This document shows, one piece after another, positions 13,786 through 27,909 of a stretch of 64,000 bases of DNA. The stretch is from Chiloscyllium plagiosum (lineage: Eukaryota). Numbering within the stretch: the stretch's first letter is position 1; each line of letters begins with the position of its first letter. The position numbers and the translations under genes were made by a program. The stretch lies in the NCBI RefSeq assembly GCF_004010195.1, contig NC_057718.1:26101341-26165340 (forward strand). Direction: 5' to 3'. The notes beneath the pieces were generated by a model. It saw only the letters and a list, made by a program, of their open reading frames with translations. It was not told the origin of the DNA and did no database searches.

Positions 13786-16700
13786 TTCTAGGACATTGAC
13801 TATGACAGTTGAAAGTATGGCTACCAACGGCTAGGCAATCAAAATCCAGAATGTTGAAGAAGCCAGAATTAGATGAGTGTCATTGCCTCAAAAGTTGGTA
13901 GGTTTGGAAGTAATTACAAAAATACCACGAGTGTCAGGCCAAGAGATTTTTGTTTTCAAAAAGGATGATCTTCAGTAGGGGATCTATTGCCATTTGGTCT
14001 TGTCAACTTCAGGGAAACAAACTGCCTCCATTTGCTATGTTCAATTTGTCATTAATTTAAACAATATTGTAATACTACCCCATAATCTGCATCTTCTTAG
14101 TTGCTTGTGCCAATCAACATTCGAGTGAAATCCTTGCTGCATCTTCTGTAGATTTTCAAAATCTTGCTATACGCTGGAGCACAATACCCTCGAGGTTTTA
14201 TTAAGGCCCTGAAAAATGGGCTCATAATTAGCATAAAACTTTCAAATCTTATTCCCTCGAAGGAAAATCTGGAATTCCATTCACTTTCTATTCAAAAGGC
14301 CTCATCAACTTGAAACACTATTTTTAATGTCCTGTCGACCTGAGCTCCCATGTCCCTCTGGTCCTTCACATAATAATCAGAATGTAACAACTGCTGAAAA
14401 AATGAGTTCATTAAAATTTAGCATTTCATATTTCCTGACATTGAAATCAAACTTCAGATTTTAACCTATTTTATCAGTTTAATTTCAATCTTATAATCAA
14501 TTAACTGTATCTTTTATTTTGACACCACACTCTTTAGGACTGATCTAGAGTGTTGATGTACGAAGTGAGTATTATTGTATCAAATCTGAGCCCTTTGAAC
14601 TACACCAAAAAAAACCTGTCCTTAATTCCTATTCTTCCTTCTAATCAATTTTAATCCTGTTTTCTACTCTTCCCCAATTCTTTACATTTTAATATTGTTC
14701 TGCATGTAGAACCTGTGAAAGGGCTATTCTAGTCTCAAAAGACATCACATTTCCCCTATCTATTATGTATGTTGCCTGAGAACATTAAAGTTTATCAAGT
14801 AAATTCATCTTGACATCCGTGCTGGATACTTTTAGAAGTTTTGAGAGGCCTCTGACATTTCGTCCACCCAGAACTTTGATGCTATGTCTTTGTTTAGCAC
14901 AATAATCTCATAGAAAATGTTTCTTTCACTTACCACAATATCATTTACCTCTCTTCCTGAATACTGTAAATGTCAATTATGTGGATAGATTTGAGAGGCT
15001 GAGATTTTTCTCCTTGGAGAAGGTTGATAGAAAAGCTGATTGAGCTATTCAAAATCAAGAGGGGACTGGACAGCATAGACAGAGAAACATAGCTGATTTC
15101 CAGCAAAATTTTGGCCCTAATTGTCAATTTTGACAAGTTTTGTGGAAGGTTTTTCTCTGTGAGTCCCAGTGAGTTTTCACATGTTATTCTCTGCAGCTTA
15201 CCTCATTGGCTATGCACCAAGCTTCTACGGTGCACCATTCACAGTATTGGGTGATTAGCAATGGCAGAAGCACTCCCCACTGCTAGGATCTTCTAGGATT
15301 CCCAACACCATTTTTAAAGCCAGCAGTAGATTGGATCAATGCTGCCAACCAGGAGTTCTCCTTCACTGTGCATTTAATGGGCTCCAGACTTTCGAAGCCA
15401 CATAGGTGACTCAGCTGATACTTCCTTGCAAATACAAGTGTACATTGGTAAATGTATTACCATCTAAAAGCCAAGCCAGACAGAATAACAGTTCTTAATG
15501 TCATCCCTTCATAGGTTTCTCACTAAAGGAGTGCTACTCCTCTAACACAGTTAGTTTAACATCTTATTACTCAACGTGGGAACACCACATACTTGAAAGC
15601 CTTTACACTGATAAAATATCCACATTTATTTGGCAACAGTAAAGGCAAGGAAAAGCAAAGAAGAGCTGTATTTGCTTCTGGGAAGAGAACGGGGACTGCT
15701 TGTCTTTCGAGCAGCCAGAGATTTACAGTCAATAAGTGATCACTGCTTCCAGTTCATATCTATTGGAAGCAGTGGGTCACTTAAGTCCCAGAGATGACCA
15801 AGATAAATCTGTAATAGCCAGAAGACCAGTGATATGGTCAAGATTGCATTGACTAGGATTTATATTCCAGACAATTGGACACCTCATTCATTTCACGAGC
15901 AGAGTATAATGATTACAGATAACTTTTACCCATCTGTGGGAGTGTCTGATTCACATCCCTGAGCTAGTGTGCTCAGATAGAATACAAACACTTCCATTCT
16001 CTGGTTATAGTCACAGCCATCTGCAATTCCTTTGTACATTTATGATTTGCATAAGTATGGAAGGCATTGTAGGTTGCGCTTAGCAGAGTGAATCTCAAGC
16101 TCAGTCTGATAATCAAGGGACCCTTCCTCCCCTGGCCCCTCTCCAAACCTTACTGTTCCTTTCTTCTGTGCACTCTCTGTCAAGGCCATCAGTACAGATG
16201 TTCCCACGCATCTCTAACTTACGAGCCCTGGCATGACAGCTTAGCCATGCAAATCATCATGCTGCACTGTCAGAAGACAGAAGTACGGTGAGCCTTTAAG
16301 CTCTGGCTGAGGGATCAAAGCTCATGAAGGCAAGACAATGCAAGTCCGAAACGTTATGAGCATCCAAGTAGGAGCAAAGTTTGTGAGTACTAAGAGACCC
16401 AGCGAGGACGCATCCTGGTGGAATCCCTACTTGCAAATTGTTCTGGCAGCAACATTACAATGAAATAGGTCAGTGCATTCCAAAGTGCAACATTGAAGTA
16501 GAGAAGTACATGGTAAGAGAGTCGGAGATGAACCACAAGAGTAGGGCGAGGCTGGTGCGTATCCGTTGCCAACCTCTGTGAATGAACAGGACAAGCGGTC
16601 ATTGCCTATGGAGCATACCCTGAGATGTTGGGGATTTCCGTCCAAGGTGGAGACCTGGATTAGCAAGCAGCAAGCTGGCATTATCAGGTACTGAGACTGA

Positions 16701-16786
16701 TTTTCATGTCAGGAACTGTCACCTTCTAGTTTCTGTCTGGAGTGTGGGAGAATGTACATATCAGTGAAATGAGATTAGATGCAAAT

Positions 16787-16905
16787 GGAAGAGCAAATTA
16801 CTGCTGATGCTGGAATCTGTACTGAAAACAAAAGATGCTGGAGATCACAGCAAGTCAGGCATTATCCATGGAGAGAAAGCAAGCTAATGTTTCAAATCTA
16901 GATGA
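16787..16905 (-). mobile_element. Older Penelope-like terminal-repeat fragment (divergent family)
   Basis: ACTGCTGATGCTGGAATCTG...GCTGGAGATCACAGCAAGTCAGGCATTATCC...ATGTTTC parallels the main PLE terminal repeat. Confidence 0.55.
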
Positions 16906-19119
16906 TTTTTTTTGTTTGTTTTACTTGCTAACCACATCCTTATATGTACAAATGGATGCAAATAGGCCTCTTGCCATTCACAAACAAGATTCTCATCTCA
17001 CTGTTCAAAACTTGGTTGCAGACTATTTTTCTGCCGCATCTGGAATCTCATCTCTCTGATCTCGCCAGGTTTTCCAAACCCCAATGCCCATGCAATTCAG
17101 GGGTTGAGAAGATTCCACCCATTGTTTCGGGTAATGAAGGATTGAGAAAAAGAGGTGACCAATTGAGGTGATTGGCAACAGAACAAAGAGGAAACTTTAT
17201 TTTTATGTATTGAATAGTTAAATTCTTGAATGTATTGCCTGAGTCTCTTGTGCAGACCGATTCAATTGTGGTTTTGGAAAGTAAATTGGATAAGTAGCTG
17301 AAGTGAAAAATTCTGCAGAAATGCTGGAAATGGGCAAGGGATTGGGATAAGAAAATAGCTCATGCAGAAAACTGGCATGAACCCAAGGGACCATCAGCTG
17401 TGTTAGCATTATTACATGATTCTAAGTCCTACAAGTAAGACTCAAATCCATTCACCTTCTGTTTCAGAGGTAAGAGTACTGCCACTGATCCAAGCTAGCA
17501 CAGGTTCTACTAGAGAAACACATCTGGGGTGTATATAATCAAGCTTGCTCTGTGTGAATTAATCCTTAAGAGAGGTGGTGCAAAGGTGACTGGTGAATGA
17601 TCTCCTTATGTTCTGTGGCCATTCTGAGATAGAATGAAATGAGCCACCTTTTAACCTCAAAGAGTCATAACATTCCATAATGCAGGTCCTGAGAAACAGA
17701 CTATGGCTGATGAAGGGTTGTGAATGGTATAGTGAGTGGTCATGATGTAGTATTTTTTGCCGATTAACACTTTGCGACCACAACCAGGATGGGATAGTGA
17801 GGAAGGGATGTATGAAATAGTTTGTTGCCACCAATCCTGCTTTATCTTTGATTTGGCTTTGGCCTGTCCACTAATTAATGGGAGAGGATACACCACTATA
17901 GAGTATCTACAGGATTAAAACTATTCTTGGACATCAAGAAGGTTAATTGGATGATAGCAATAAGTACAGCTATATTTGTTCAGATATAATTTTTGGACCT
18001 CACATTGTTGGTACAGATACACCTGTTCCCTATAAAGCTAGAATAAACCTCCTCATCATTATTAACTGTGTGTATGTGAAATCAGTGGAATATGTGAAGG
18101 CAATGTAACATGAACATTAACCTCTTCAGAACCACTATCTTGTATAAGCCAACATGCTCAGGATAGAGCTATCACATCCATATTACATCTTCTGATCGAC
18201 CAGACAAGGTGCAGTGAGACTTGTTGCATATAAGGATTTGTCCTGAAAATATTTGTACAGCTGGCACCTATGAAGCTAAATTGAGGCTTGTTACTTGAGA
18301 ATATCAAGAGTGACTGAGTGAAACAAAGGTCAGTGTGTGGTCCTTTAGCTGGAAAAGTAATCTCAAAAGCACCTTTTTAGTTCATTTGCCACATATTCAC
18401 AGGGGCATAGGTTATCAACTTTAAAGCTGTGTTTCAGAAAGAAGTAAGAATGCAGGTGAGAATGGAAATTATGGAAATAAATAAGCGCACCTATGCCGTA
18501 ATAATGTTACTAATATGTGGTATTTCCTAGTGAGATCAATGCTACTGAAGTTCGGTTGTATTCAACTAAAAAGGATCCTGCAATGTTTTATTGGTATCAG
18601 AAAAGGTAAACTACTCAGGAATTGTAATGCTACATGTTGATAGATTTTATGTGGCAGAAAAGTGGATTTTTGGAGCTATATTAATAATAAGACTAAAACA
18701 GAATTTAAGAATGTGAGTCAGCCTTCTGGGGTTTGTAATAATGTTTGTTTAGACCTCAAGTAGAGTTACCTGGAATAACTTTAATCAATAACCTTATTTT
18801 GACAGTATTATTCATATCCCAGTTAAGCATGCTGGATTAGCACAGAGATGTTGTTATAGCTAAAGATGAGACAGAGTTGTAAAACTTGTTCGGTCAGTTG
18901 TATTGGTTGTGCACTGAAACTAGACTGGATACTAGTTTTGTTGTGCTGTTATGAAATACAATGATGAGCACAAATAGAGACACTAACTGAAACCATAGGA
19001 GTGTCGAGTTAGGAGAAATTAATATTTGTAAAGTTGCACTCTGTAAATATAAGATCAAGCTATGATTGACTCCAATATTGCGCTTCACCAATTAGCTTTC
19101 TACTTGGCACAAAGTAAGG

Positions 19120-19725
19120 TGTTTGTGCTTTTGGAGGCCAATTGCCTGACCCTCAAGACAACACTGCAAAAGTTACTCAGGGTAGTCTGCTTGACTCAAC
19201 CATCTTCATCTCCTTCATCAATTGCCAATCCTTCATTGTAAGTCAGAAGTGAGGATTGTCACTGATGCTTACACAATGTTCAGCACCATTCATGGCTCCT
19301 CAGATGCTGAAACAGTCTATGCTCCCATATATCAAGACCTGGACAACATTTAAGGTTTGTGTTGATATGTGATAACTAACATTTGCAATGAACAAATGTC
19401 AGGTAATGAACATCTCCAACAAGACAGAATTTAACCTTTGACATTCTGCAGAATTAACATCACTGAATATCTTAACATCAACATTGACCAAAAAGCCTGA
19501 TTGGACCAGCCACAAAAATATATTGGCTATAAGAGCAGGTCAGATGTAGGAACTCTGTGAGGTACTCATCCTCTGACTCCTTAAGGTCTGTCCACCATCT
19601 ATAAGGCACAGGTAAGAACAGTGATAAGATAGTCTCCATTTGCCTGGATGAGCGTTGCTACAGCAACATTCTCGAAGCTCAATACAATCTAAGACAAAAC
19701 AGGCTACTGTACTTGATCCGTACCT
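19120..19725 (+). mobile_element. Degenerate non-LTR retrotransposon RT fragment (second CR1/L2-group family)
   Basis: Degenerate 'VPQGSVLGPTIFSCFIND...FADD' region (TTACTCAGGGTAGT...CATCTTCATCTCCTTCATCAAT), followed by QDLDNI and STIYKAQVR-like sequence. Confidence 0.65.
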
Positions 19726-19786
19726 TAGCCACAGATAATCTGTTTTTGAGATAACGTTTGAGGGATAACTTCCTTGCACTTGCTCA

Positions 19787-20235
19787 AGATAGTGTTGCCA
19801 GGGTCAGAGGATTTGAGCTATAGGGAGAGGTTGAATAGGCTGGGGCTGTTTTCCCCGGAGCGTCGGAGGCTGAGGGCTGACCTTATAGATCTTTATAAAA
19901 TCATGACGGGCATAGATAGGGTGAATAGCCAAGATCTTTTCCCCATGGTAGGAGAATCCAAAACTAGAAAGCATTGGTTTAAGGTGAGAGGAGAAAGATT
20001 TAAAAGGGACCCAAGGAGCAACAGTTTCACGCAGAGGATGTGTGCATGTGGAATGAGCTGCAGAGAAAGTGGTAGAAGCTGGAACAATTTCAATATTTAA
20101 AAGACATCTATATGAATAGGAAGAGTTTAGAGGGATATGAACCATATATTGACAAATTAGATTAGATTACTTTAGAACATCTTATCGGCATGAATGAGTT
20201 GGATCTGAAGTTTCTGTTTTCATCCATCTCAATGG
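19787..20235 (+). mobile_element. CR1/HER1-type LINE 3' fragment
   Basis: ORF 19774..20100 LSYRERLNRLGLFSPERRRLRADLIDLYKIM...FKVRGERFKRD. Confidence 0.92.
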
Positions 20236-20249
20236 TTCTATAATATTAC

Positions 20250-20455
20250 GGGAGCTTTCTCATCCATCTGAGAGGGCGGATGAGAGCGCTTGCTTTAAAA
20301 TCTCATCAAAAGGCACAAACAGTAAAGCATTCCCTCAGTATCACACTAAAGTGTTCATCTTGCTTTTCGTGCTAAATCCCTGGAATAGAAAGTAAACCCA
20401 GAAGCTTGTGACTCATGAGGTGGGAGCACAACCAATTGAGCCACAGCTGACACAA
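20250..20455 (-). mobile_element. Deu-domain SINE fragment
   Basis: Reverse complement of the SINE head (GTGTCAGCTGTGGCTCAATTGGT) and core (TACTGAGGGAATGCT...GATGAGATTTTAAA). Confidence 0.6.
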
Positions 20456-20740
20456 TTTTGTTTGATAATTATTCCTATGAAATTCCTTGGGATATTTTAC
20501 TCCATTCAGGTAAATGATAAATGCAAGAACTTGTTGATGTCAAGGGAATTACAAGAATTCAATTTTTTGCTTTATGTTTAAAACATGGTTGAAATGAAGT
20601 CATAAAATGAGTGGTCTGAGCCAGTCTTGAAATTCCACACTCTGATGATTCTCTGAAAGACATTCTCCTCATCTATCTTATAAACCTCTTATTCTTAAAC
20701 TATACCCCACAAAGTGGAATTTTCCTCACCTTGCAAAAGC

Positions 20741-21610
20741 TGTGATGAAGCTTATTATTGTTATTTGGAACTTAGGTTCCACATTCGATGAAAAGTTGAT
20801 TTTAATTTTCAGCTCTGTGGGTCTGATTTTTTAATGATGTTTAGAATGTCACTTGAAACATTGAGATAACAGCATTTTCAAGAAAACATGTAAATTTGGC
20901 AAAATGACTAGCCAGCCGCTTTGGGAGACAATTGCTCAAGAGTTTATAACCCAGATAGAGAGAGAGAAAGGCTCTGACACACATTTCATCAGAGGCAAAG
21001 GATCTGTAACAATAGAGGTACTGTTAGTTTAGCAGCCTCCAAATCAGTCAGGGTGGAAGGGGAAAAGTCCTGATTTACTTCGAAGAAAGATCCAGAAGCA
21101 GAATGGTTATGGTCAATGACGAAGACATCGTACATAGTTTCGAAGCCATGAGTTTAAGGAGACCAGGTCTGGTAATAATAATAAACGGAGTTAGCAGATT
21201 TTTTGAGATTCTTGGGGAGAGACATTAAGTGTAGAGAAAAGCGTCAAGTGACTATGCAGAGAAATCACATTTGTGCCTGCTGAACTGAATCTGAGGCTAA
21301 GCTTCAGAATGGATACAAAGATGACCCTTCCCTGAGGTTTTAGCGTCTTTAAGTGGTATTGATTTGAATCGTTCTTTTTGACATTTGTAATGAGTTCATT
21401 CCAATAGTTCTTATATAGTGTAATATAGTTAGAACTTTTGTTTCCCTTTTGAGTAAGAAAATGGTATGTTACTTTGTTAAAAGTACAATGGCAACCTCTC
21501 ATGAGCTTGTTCAGTGACTGACCTCCATGGTAAAGGAAACTAAAATAGAAAATATTGCCTATCAAGCTCTAGAGTGTGACTAGTCCATAAGTCCATCTAA
21601 GGTCATAACA
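20741..21610 (+). mobile_element. Solo LTR-like element (about 870 bp)
   Basis: Starts TGTGATGA and ends TCATAACA (TG...CA with near-perfect 8-bp inverted termini). No clear TSD. Confidence 0.55.
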
Positions 21611-22274
21611 GTGGCAAGTGAGATGGCGAGGTGGTGAAAAGGTTGGGTGAGTCATCTCTGGTGAGACTTGCCCCGTCCTCAATACCTTGTTAATTAAATC
21701 CACTGGAGGCTTGCTCAACCTGCCACCAGTAAAGCCATTAATGATAATATAAGGATCTCATCTCATTCTTTCCCTAATTACTGGCCTCCCCATAATAGGA
21801 AACATCCTCCTATCAAGTCCCTCAAGATCTTATCTGTTTTAATAATAAATACCTATAAATTTTTAACAAGTAGTTTCTAGTTAACTTATTCAGAAATATT
21901 ACTACATATGTTTGGAGCTAGATGGGACTTGAACTGAGATCTCCTCATTCAGAGGTAGGGACATTACCACTGTGCAACAAGAACACCAATTCCTGATTCT
22001 TAACTCCAATTAATAACACACCGAGCCCGTTCAATGTTTCTTCATAAGTCTTGAATGCCAGGTGTAGTCGAATGAACTTTCTCTGAATTGCATTAAAGCA
22101 GTTATACAGTTATACCTTTTTCCAAAAAGACTATTTCTGTACAAGTGCAGCCAGACCTGCTGTGTATTTCAAGCATTTTTTGTGTTTGTTATTAACTAAT
22201 CTGTAAAATTTAAGATGGAGAATTAAAATAAAACTAACTAATGCCCTAAATTGACAAGCATGAACACATTGAGG

Positions 22275-22690
22275 AAAGCTGTTTATTTAAGTGGAACCTT
22301 TCACAACATCAGGGCATTCTGAAGCACTTACCACCAATGAAGTATTTCTTGAAGTGTTTCAATGCTGTAAAATTAGAAATGTAGCAGCCAATTAGTCCAC
22401 AAAAAAAATGACAGAATTGAGATAATCACCAGATGAATTTTTTTAACTGATGTGGTTTGAGGGATAAATATTAGTCAAAATGCCTTCAAAATATTGTAAT
22501 GGAATCTGAGCAAGCATTCAGATCTTCTTCTGTTTCATGAAAATTGAGACACCTGTGAATATACATTGGTCCTTTACTTCGGGAGCTGAAGAATTTTGTT
22601 TCCTCAGTTTTATGCTCAAATCTCTGGTGTGGGAGTTAAACCTACAAAAGTCTGACAGATACGGGAGAATTACCAACTGTGTCACAGCTT
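22275..22690 (-). mobile_element. Deu-domain SINE, degenerate
   Basis: Reverse-complement similarity to 9570-9880 and 11455-11540 (TTGAGGGATAAATATT, GCAGCCAATT, CAATGAAGTATTT). Confidence 0.6.
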
Positions 22691-22857
22691 TAAAATATGC
22701 TCCAACATAGTTTTTCTTGAAGTGTTGGCATGTGATGTGCTTTGATAGTGATGACTTAATTATTATTTATGCAAATAGTTATATTATGTAATATTCAAGA
22801 TGAGAAATATGCCATAAGTGCCTTATGATCTTTGAAAGCTGGTACCGTTAAATATTT

Positions 22858-23100
22858 AGAGTTATAGTCATAGAGGATACAGCATGTAAACAGGCCCTTT
22901 GGCTCAACCCGTCCATGCCGACCAGTTTTCCTAAACTGAACTAATCCCATTTATCTGCGTTTGGCCCACATCCCTCTAAACTTTTCTTATCTATCTACCT
23001 GTCCAAAGGCCTTTACAGGTTGCAATTGTACCCAGCTGTATGACTCTGTCTGGCAGCTCATGCCATGTATGCACTACCCTCTGTGTGAAAAAGTTGCCTT
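22858..23100 (-). mobile_element. CR1/HER1-type LINE 3' UTR fragment
   Basis: ACAGGCCCTTTGGCTCAACCCGTCCATGCCGACC...CTGTGTGAAAAAGTTGCC, matching 61214-61560 and 63708-64000. Confidence 0.85.
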
Positions 23101-25485
23101 GTTCCAGGATTTGTTAACTGCTAGAAATCAGATTACTCTTGGATGTTAACACAATAGTTTAAAATATCTTAATTTTTGTCAAGTTGAATTGAAGAATATT
23201 ACAATATCCACCCATGTCACAAAAACACACACATATATATATATGGCATCTAACAAGACAACCAGTCCTCCTACCCATTCCTAATTTAGTCCTTATCATG
23301 TTTGTGGACAGAAATTTAATAACAATTTTTAACTTAATATGAATGTGCAATACATCCTATCAATAATCAATAGCCTGCAATATTTTTACATGCAGTAAAC
23401 TGCACCATATTGAAATTATTAAATGATGTTTTATTTTAAATAAATGTTTTCTCATGGTAAAATTATACCTAACTTCAATATTTTGCAATATTGTGATGAT
23501 AAACTGAAATACAGTTAACTCGTTACAAAGAATCCTGATGTTAACTGGAAGAACAGGAGTTAATTCTGCACAATTATGACTGTGGGCCATTAGAAAGTCA
23601 ACAACCTCCTAAGGATAATTAACCACTAATACAGTAGTTTTACTACACAGATGATGTCAAGGAGTTTATATTATTTAACATGGCCAAATGTCTGTTATTC
23701 AAAACACTTTTTATTTGGCATCATTTCACCTTTTCCATAAGTTTTCATTACCAAGTTCTGATACACGCTTGACAACATATTAGATCACAAAGAAATGGGG
23801 ACTAAATTCAATCAGCCCCAACAGTGGATGTTAGATCACGATAGCTGATTTAACCTATGCTAGTCGAATGGAACATGTGCAACATGCCAACTTCATGCTG
23901 CCTGCTAGTTTTAATGATTTTGGCACACAGCCAACTGTAACAATGCTGTTGATTGGCTGGCTGCCTGAATAGGACTGCACTATTTAAAGCCACCCTCTAC
24001 CACTTAAAGGGGAGATGCTCTTTAGCTTGACTTGTGATCAAATATAGGCACAACATGAAAGAAAATAAGTTCCAAAATTTTCAGATGCTGATTTCAGATC
24101 GCCTTGGCGGCAATTTGGAGAAATGGCTTTGCAGGTGACCAGGAAGCTTTCCAAACACTCCTGAGAAGGCCGTGGGAGTTGCTGACATGAAGTCCAGAAC
24201 GCCACACGATGTAGCTACAGAAGAAGGCAGTTTCGTCCATTGGGTCTGTCCTACTATTCAATGCTCAATATCATTTTTCTGCCTTATTCACTTGATCTTT
24301 GTTTACCTTCTTGATGAGATATCTGTCTATCTTAGCCTCAAATTACATCTTTGCTAGTGGTCAGATCTTGAGGGGTTCAGATGCAGCACGACAAGAATAA
24401 TACCTCATGCAAGTTGTCACATTCAGGAACTGTGTCACCAAATGTCATATCCCACTAGGTGTAGCCACTGCTCAAGTCACTGCACCCTTACATTATTCCA
24501 TGACCAACCTATATTCATCATTGAAAATCAAATGCTCAATCACATTTATATACACATAGCACTGCCTCAAATCTCACAATCATATCTTACAATATACACA
24601 CACAGCCAATCATTAAACCATGACAGCCATGTAAAACAGACAAACTCACTGACACACTTCCCCCCTCTCCTACAGGGCAAGGTGGTGAACAACCCCAAAG
24701 AGGAGAAGATTGTTATTGTTAAGCCCATTGCAGAGACTGAGACCGGGGGCGTGGCTAAGACCTTGAAGATGACAGTATTGTCCATATAACCTGTCTTCTC
24801 ACATCCCATCTCCCCCTTTTCCCCAATCTTTTCTGGCGGAAGCATGCCCCTTTTAATTTCCCTCCATCCCATGCAACTTACCCATGTGTCTTTCTTCTTT
24901 CTGATACTGAAGGAGTACAACCTGGCCAATGCAGTGGAAAAAGAGGAGAGAGAGAAAATGAACACAAGTCGTTTGGTTTCACATACAAAACCACAAACCT
25001 GGATGCTAGCATGTGCGTATTCTAGAGAACAAAAACAGGACTTGCATCAGTTGGGAGAAATTTCTTGTCATGGCACGGAAAGCCCCAGTACCAGGCAATT
25101 GACAGCCAACTTGACATTTAATCTCACTGGTGCTGCAGAAATGGCAGGGGTGCTCCGTCAATGCATAGAATCCCAGCTGCAGCCATTAAATTCAGCCAAT
25201 CCAGTGGCCTAACACAAGGGAACTTAAAGTAGCTCTGGAGGCTAACAAAGCACACTTGTCAGCTTGCCATAGGGCAAAGTCTTGCATGGGTTCTGCTGCA
25301 GAAGATTCAGAGGGTCTCATCAATGGAGCGTCATACAGAATGAGATTGATGGCAATGTGGACAAAATGGTTGGTGCATTGGCAAGCCTGTTAGACAGCCT
25401 CCACTCAGTGACAAAACTTAGCACAAGATTGAGCAGAGCCTTGAGCTCAATCATCGCAACAAAGAACCAATCCTATTGGGACACA

Positions 25486-25638
25486 GTTAAAAATTAAACA
25501 ACACCAGGTTATAATCCAACAGGTTTAATTGGAAGCAGTAGCTTCCGGAGCGCTGCTCCTTAATCAGGTGGTTGTCACAAGTGATTTTTAACTTTGTACA
25601 CCCCAGTCCAACACCGGCATCTCCAAATCATGACTACA
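25486..25638. mobile_element. Penelope-like element, second family, inverted fragment
   Basis: ACAACACCAGGTTATAATCCAACAGGTTT...GGAGCGCTGCTCCTTAATCAGG with a mutated hammerhead on the - strand. TSD ATTGGGACACA at 25475-25485 and 25639-25649. Confidence 0.75.
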
Positions 25639-26005
25639 ATTGGGACACATGTGAACCCAACCATGATGGTCAATAGCTCAGTTTCCAACTGCAGCACAAA
25701 CAACTTCCATCAGATGTTGGGTGGCTAGAGCAGAAGATAAAAATCAGCTATTGCCATGTCAGTGCAGAGCTGCTACCAACGGATATACAGAGTGCAGTGT
25801 GCAATGGTACTTGCAGGCAGTCACTGCGGTCTAGCAATCTGCCTTCCAATGCTTTACAAGGATTGTAGAAGCACTGCCCTGGATAATGCCAATTGATCCA
25901 TAGATTATTTCCCCCTCCTCTGTCTCTCCATCAGTGCTGCTGCCATTGCCTGTTAATCAGTCAGAGCAAGACTGAGGATGCCACAGTCCACAGCTGGGGC
26001 TTTTA

Positions 26006-26981
26006 AAAGAAAGTGAGGGACTGCAGATGCTGGAGATCAGAGTAGAGAGTGTAGTGCTGGAAAAGCACAGCAGGTCAGGCAGCAACCAAACAGCAGGAGA
26101 ATCGACATTTCGGGCATAAACCCTTCATCAGGAATGAGGCTTGTGGGCCGGTGGGCTGAGATAAATGGGAGAGGGGTGGGGCTGCGGGGAAGGTAGCTGA
26201 GAATGCAATAGGTAGATGAAGATTGGAGAGAAGGTGATAGGTCAGAGAGGAAGGTGGAGAGGATCGATGGGAATGGGTGATGGACAGATCAGGAGGGCAG
26301 TGCCGAGGTGGAGGCTTGGGACTGGAATAGTGTTGGGGGAGGGGAAATGAGGAAATTGGTGAAATGCAAACCGAGGAAGTGCAAATCCTGTGCCCACACC
26401 TCACCTCCATCTAAGGCCCCCAAGATCAGGGAGACAGGACGCCAACTTGCGGATTGTTTCAGAGAATATCTCTGGGACACCCACACCAACCAACCCCACC
26501 AGCCCCTGGCTGAACATTTCAACTCCCCATCCCACTTCACCAAGGAAATGCAGGTCCTGGGCCTCCTCCGTCACCAAACCCTTGCCACCTGACACCTGGA
26601 GGAAGAATGCTCATGTTCTGCCATGGGATACTGCAACCACACCGGGTCAATGTGAATTTCACCAGTTTCCTCATTTCCCTCCCCCACCTTATCCCAGTCC
26701 CAAGCCTCCATCTCGGCACCACCCTATTGACCTGTCCATCACCTTTCCCATCTATCCGCTCCACTCTCCTCTCTGACCTATCACCTTCTCCCCATCCACC
26801 TACATCTACCTATTGCATTCCCAGCTACTTTCCCACCAGCCTCACCCCCCTCCCATTTATCTCTCAGCCCCCCGGCCCACATGCCTCATTCCTGATGAAA
26901 GGCTTATGCCCGAAACATCAATTCTCCTGCTCCTCGGATGCTGCCTGACCTGCTGTGCTTTTCCAGCACCACACTCTCAAC
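26006..26981 (+). mobile_element. Penelope-like element: Cys-linker and GIY-YIG C-terminal fragment flanked by about 325-bp inverted arms
   Basis: ORF 26308..26592 CKPRKCKSCAH...IRETGRQLADCFREYLWD...LAEHFNSPSH. Inverted 3' UTR/terminal repeat. TSD CTGGGGCTTTTA at 25994-26005 and 26982-26993. Confidence 0.92.
26104..26131 (-). ncRNA. Minimal hammerhead ribozyme motif
   Basis: CUGAUGA-A-GGGU-UUAU-GCCC-GAAA-UGUC. Confidence 0.65.
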
Positions 26982-27909
26982 CTGGGGCTTTTAGACCCAA
27001 ACCTGCTCCAGAGTATTCCTGAGGTGAGCTGCAGACTTCCTCAAGAAAGGAAAGTCAGGACACTTCCACCAGCAGCCGCTGGAGTAACAGTACATAAACA
27101 CCTGAAGAAGACATTAGGAAGACAGGCTTTAAGGAAACACAAGGTTGGTTAATTAAGTTTTGGAATCAAGACAGAATGATTTCATTCATAAATTATCTGT
27201 GCAAGGTTTATTTCTGGGACTTTTGTTTTATCATTGTGACAAACTGGGCACTGTGAATGTCAGTGACAGAGCAATGGTAAGGTGGAGATGGTTGGTCAAT
27301 AGGAACTTGGAGTTTCAGCTACAGGTAACTCAGATGGATAAGTGCTTCATGAACAGCCCAGTCTGAAACAAATTGATTGCCTCCTTTCTAACTGCTTCTC
27401 CACATGTTCCTCCTTCTGACCTGCTTACTTTAGAGCTGGTGACAAGAACTGTTCTTGCTGAGGGCAAAGTTATGCAGCTTGTAGCAAATCATAATGAATC
27501 TTTAAACATGTGCTGGTGAGTACTGTAGGGCTTCTCTAAAAATTATGTAGACATCAGATGTGTTATTTTAACACCTCCATGTCTGCTCCATCATATTACA
27601 ATGGCAACATGGCTTGCCATGTATACTTCAGAAATGTGCATGTGCTACTCACTGGACACATCCACCATACAGTCAGCAAATTATCCTTGTCACACAGCTA
27701 ATAGTCTTTGGCTAACGACAATTGCTCACAATGTGTCTGTCACAGTGAAGTGACACGGAATTAAAGCATCATAACTGCTGCCAGGATCTCAGGCATTGAC
27801 CAGTAGAGGAGTCTATGCAGGGTCACACAACAGCTGCATGTTAAGCGTCTGGAATCTCCTCTTGTTCTGGTAGTAAGCAGAGTTGGCATGCCATCCCTGG
27901 TGTGCAAGC

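Noticed and set aside
21611..21632. Primer-binding site after the LTR at 21610 (GTGGCAAGTG...)
   Set aside because: No gag/pol sequence follows and I cannot match it to a tRNA 3' end.
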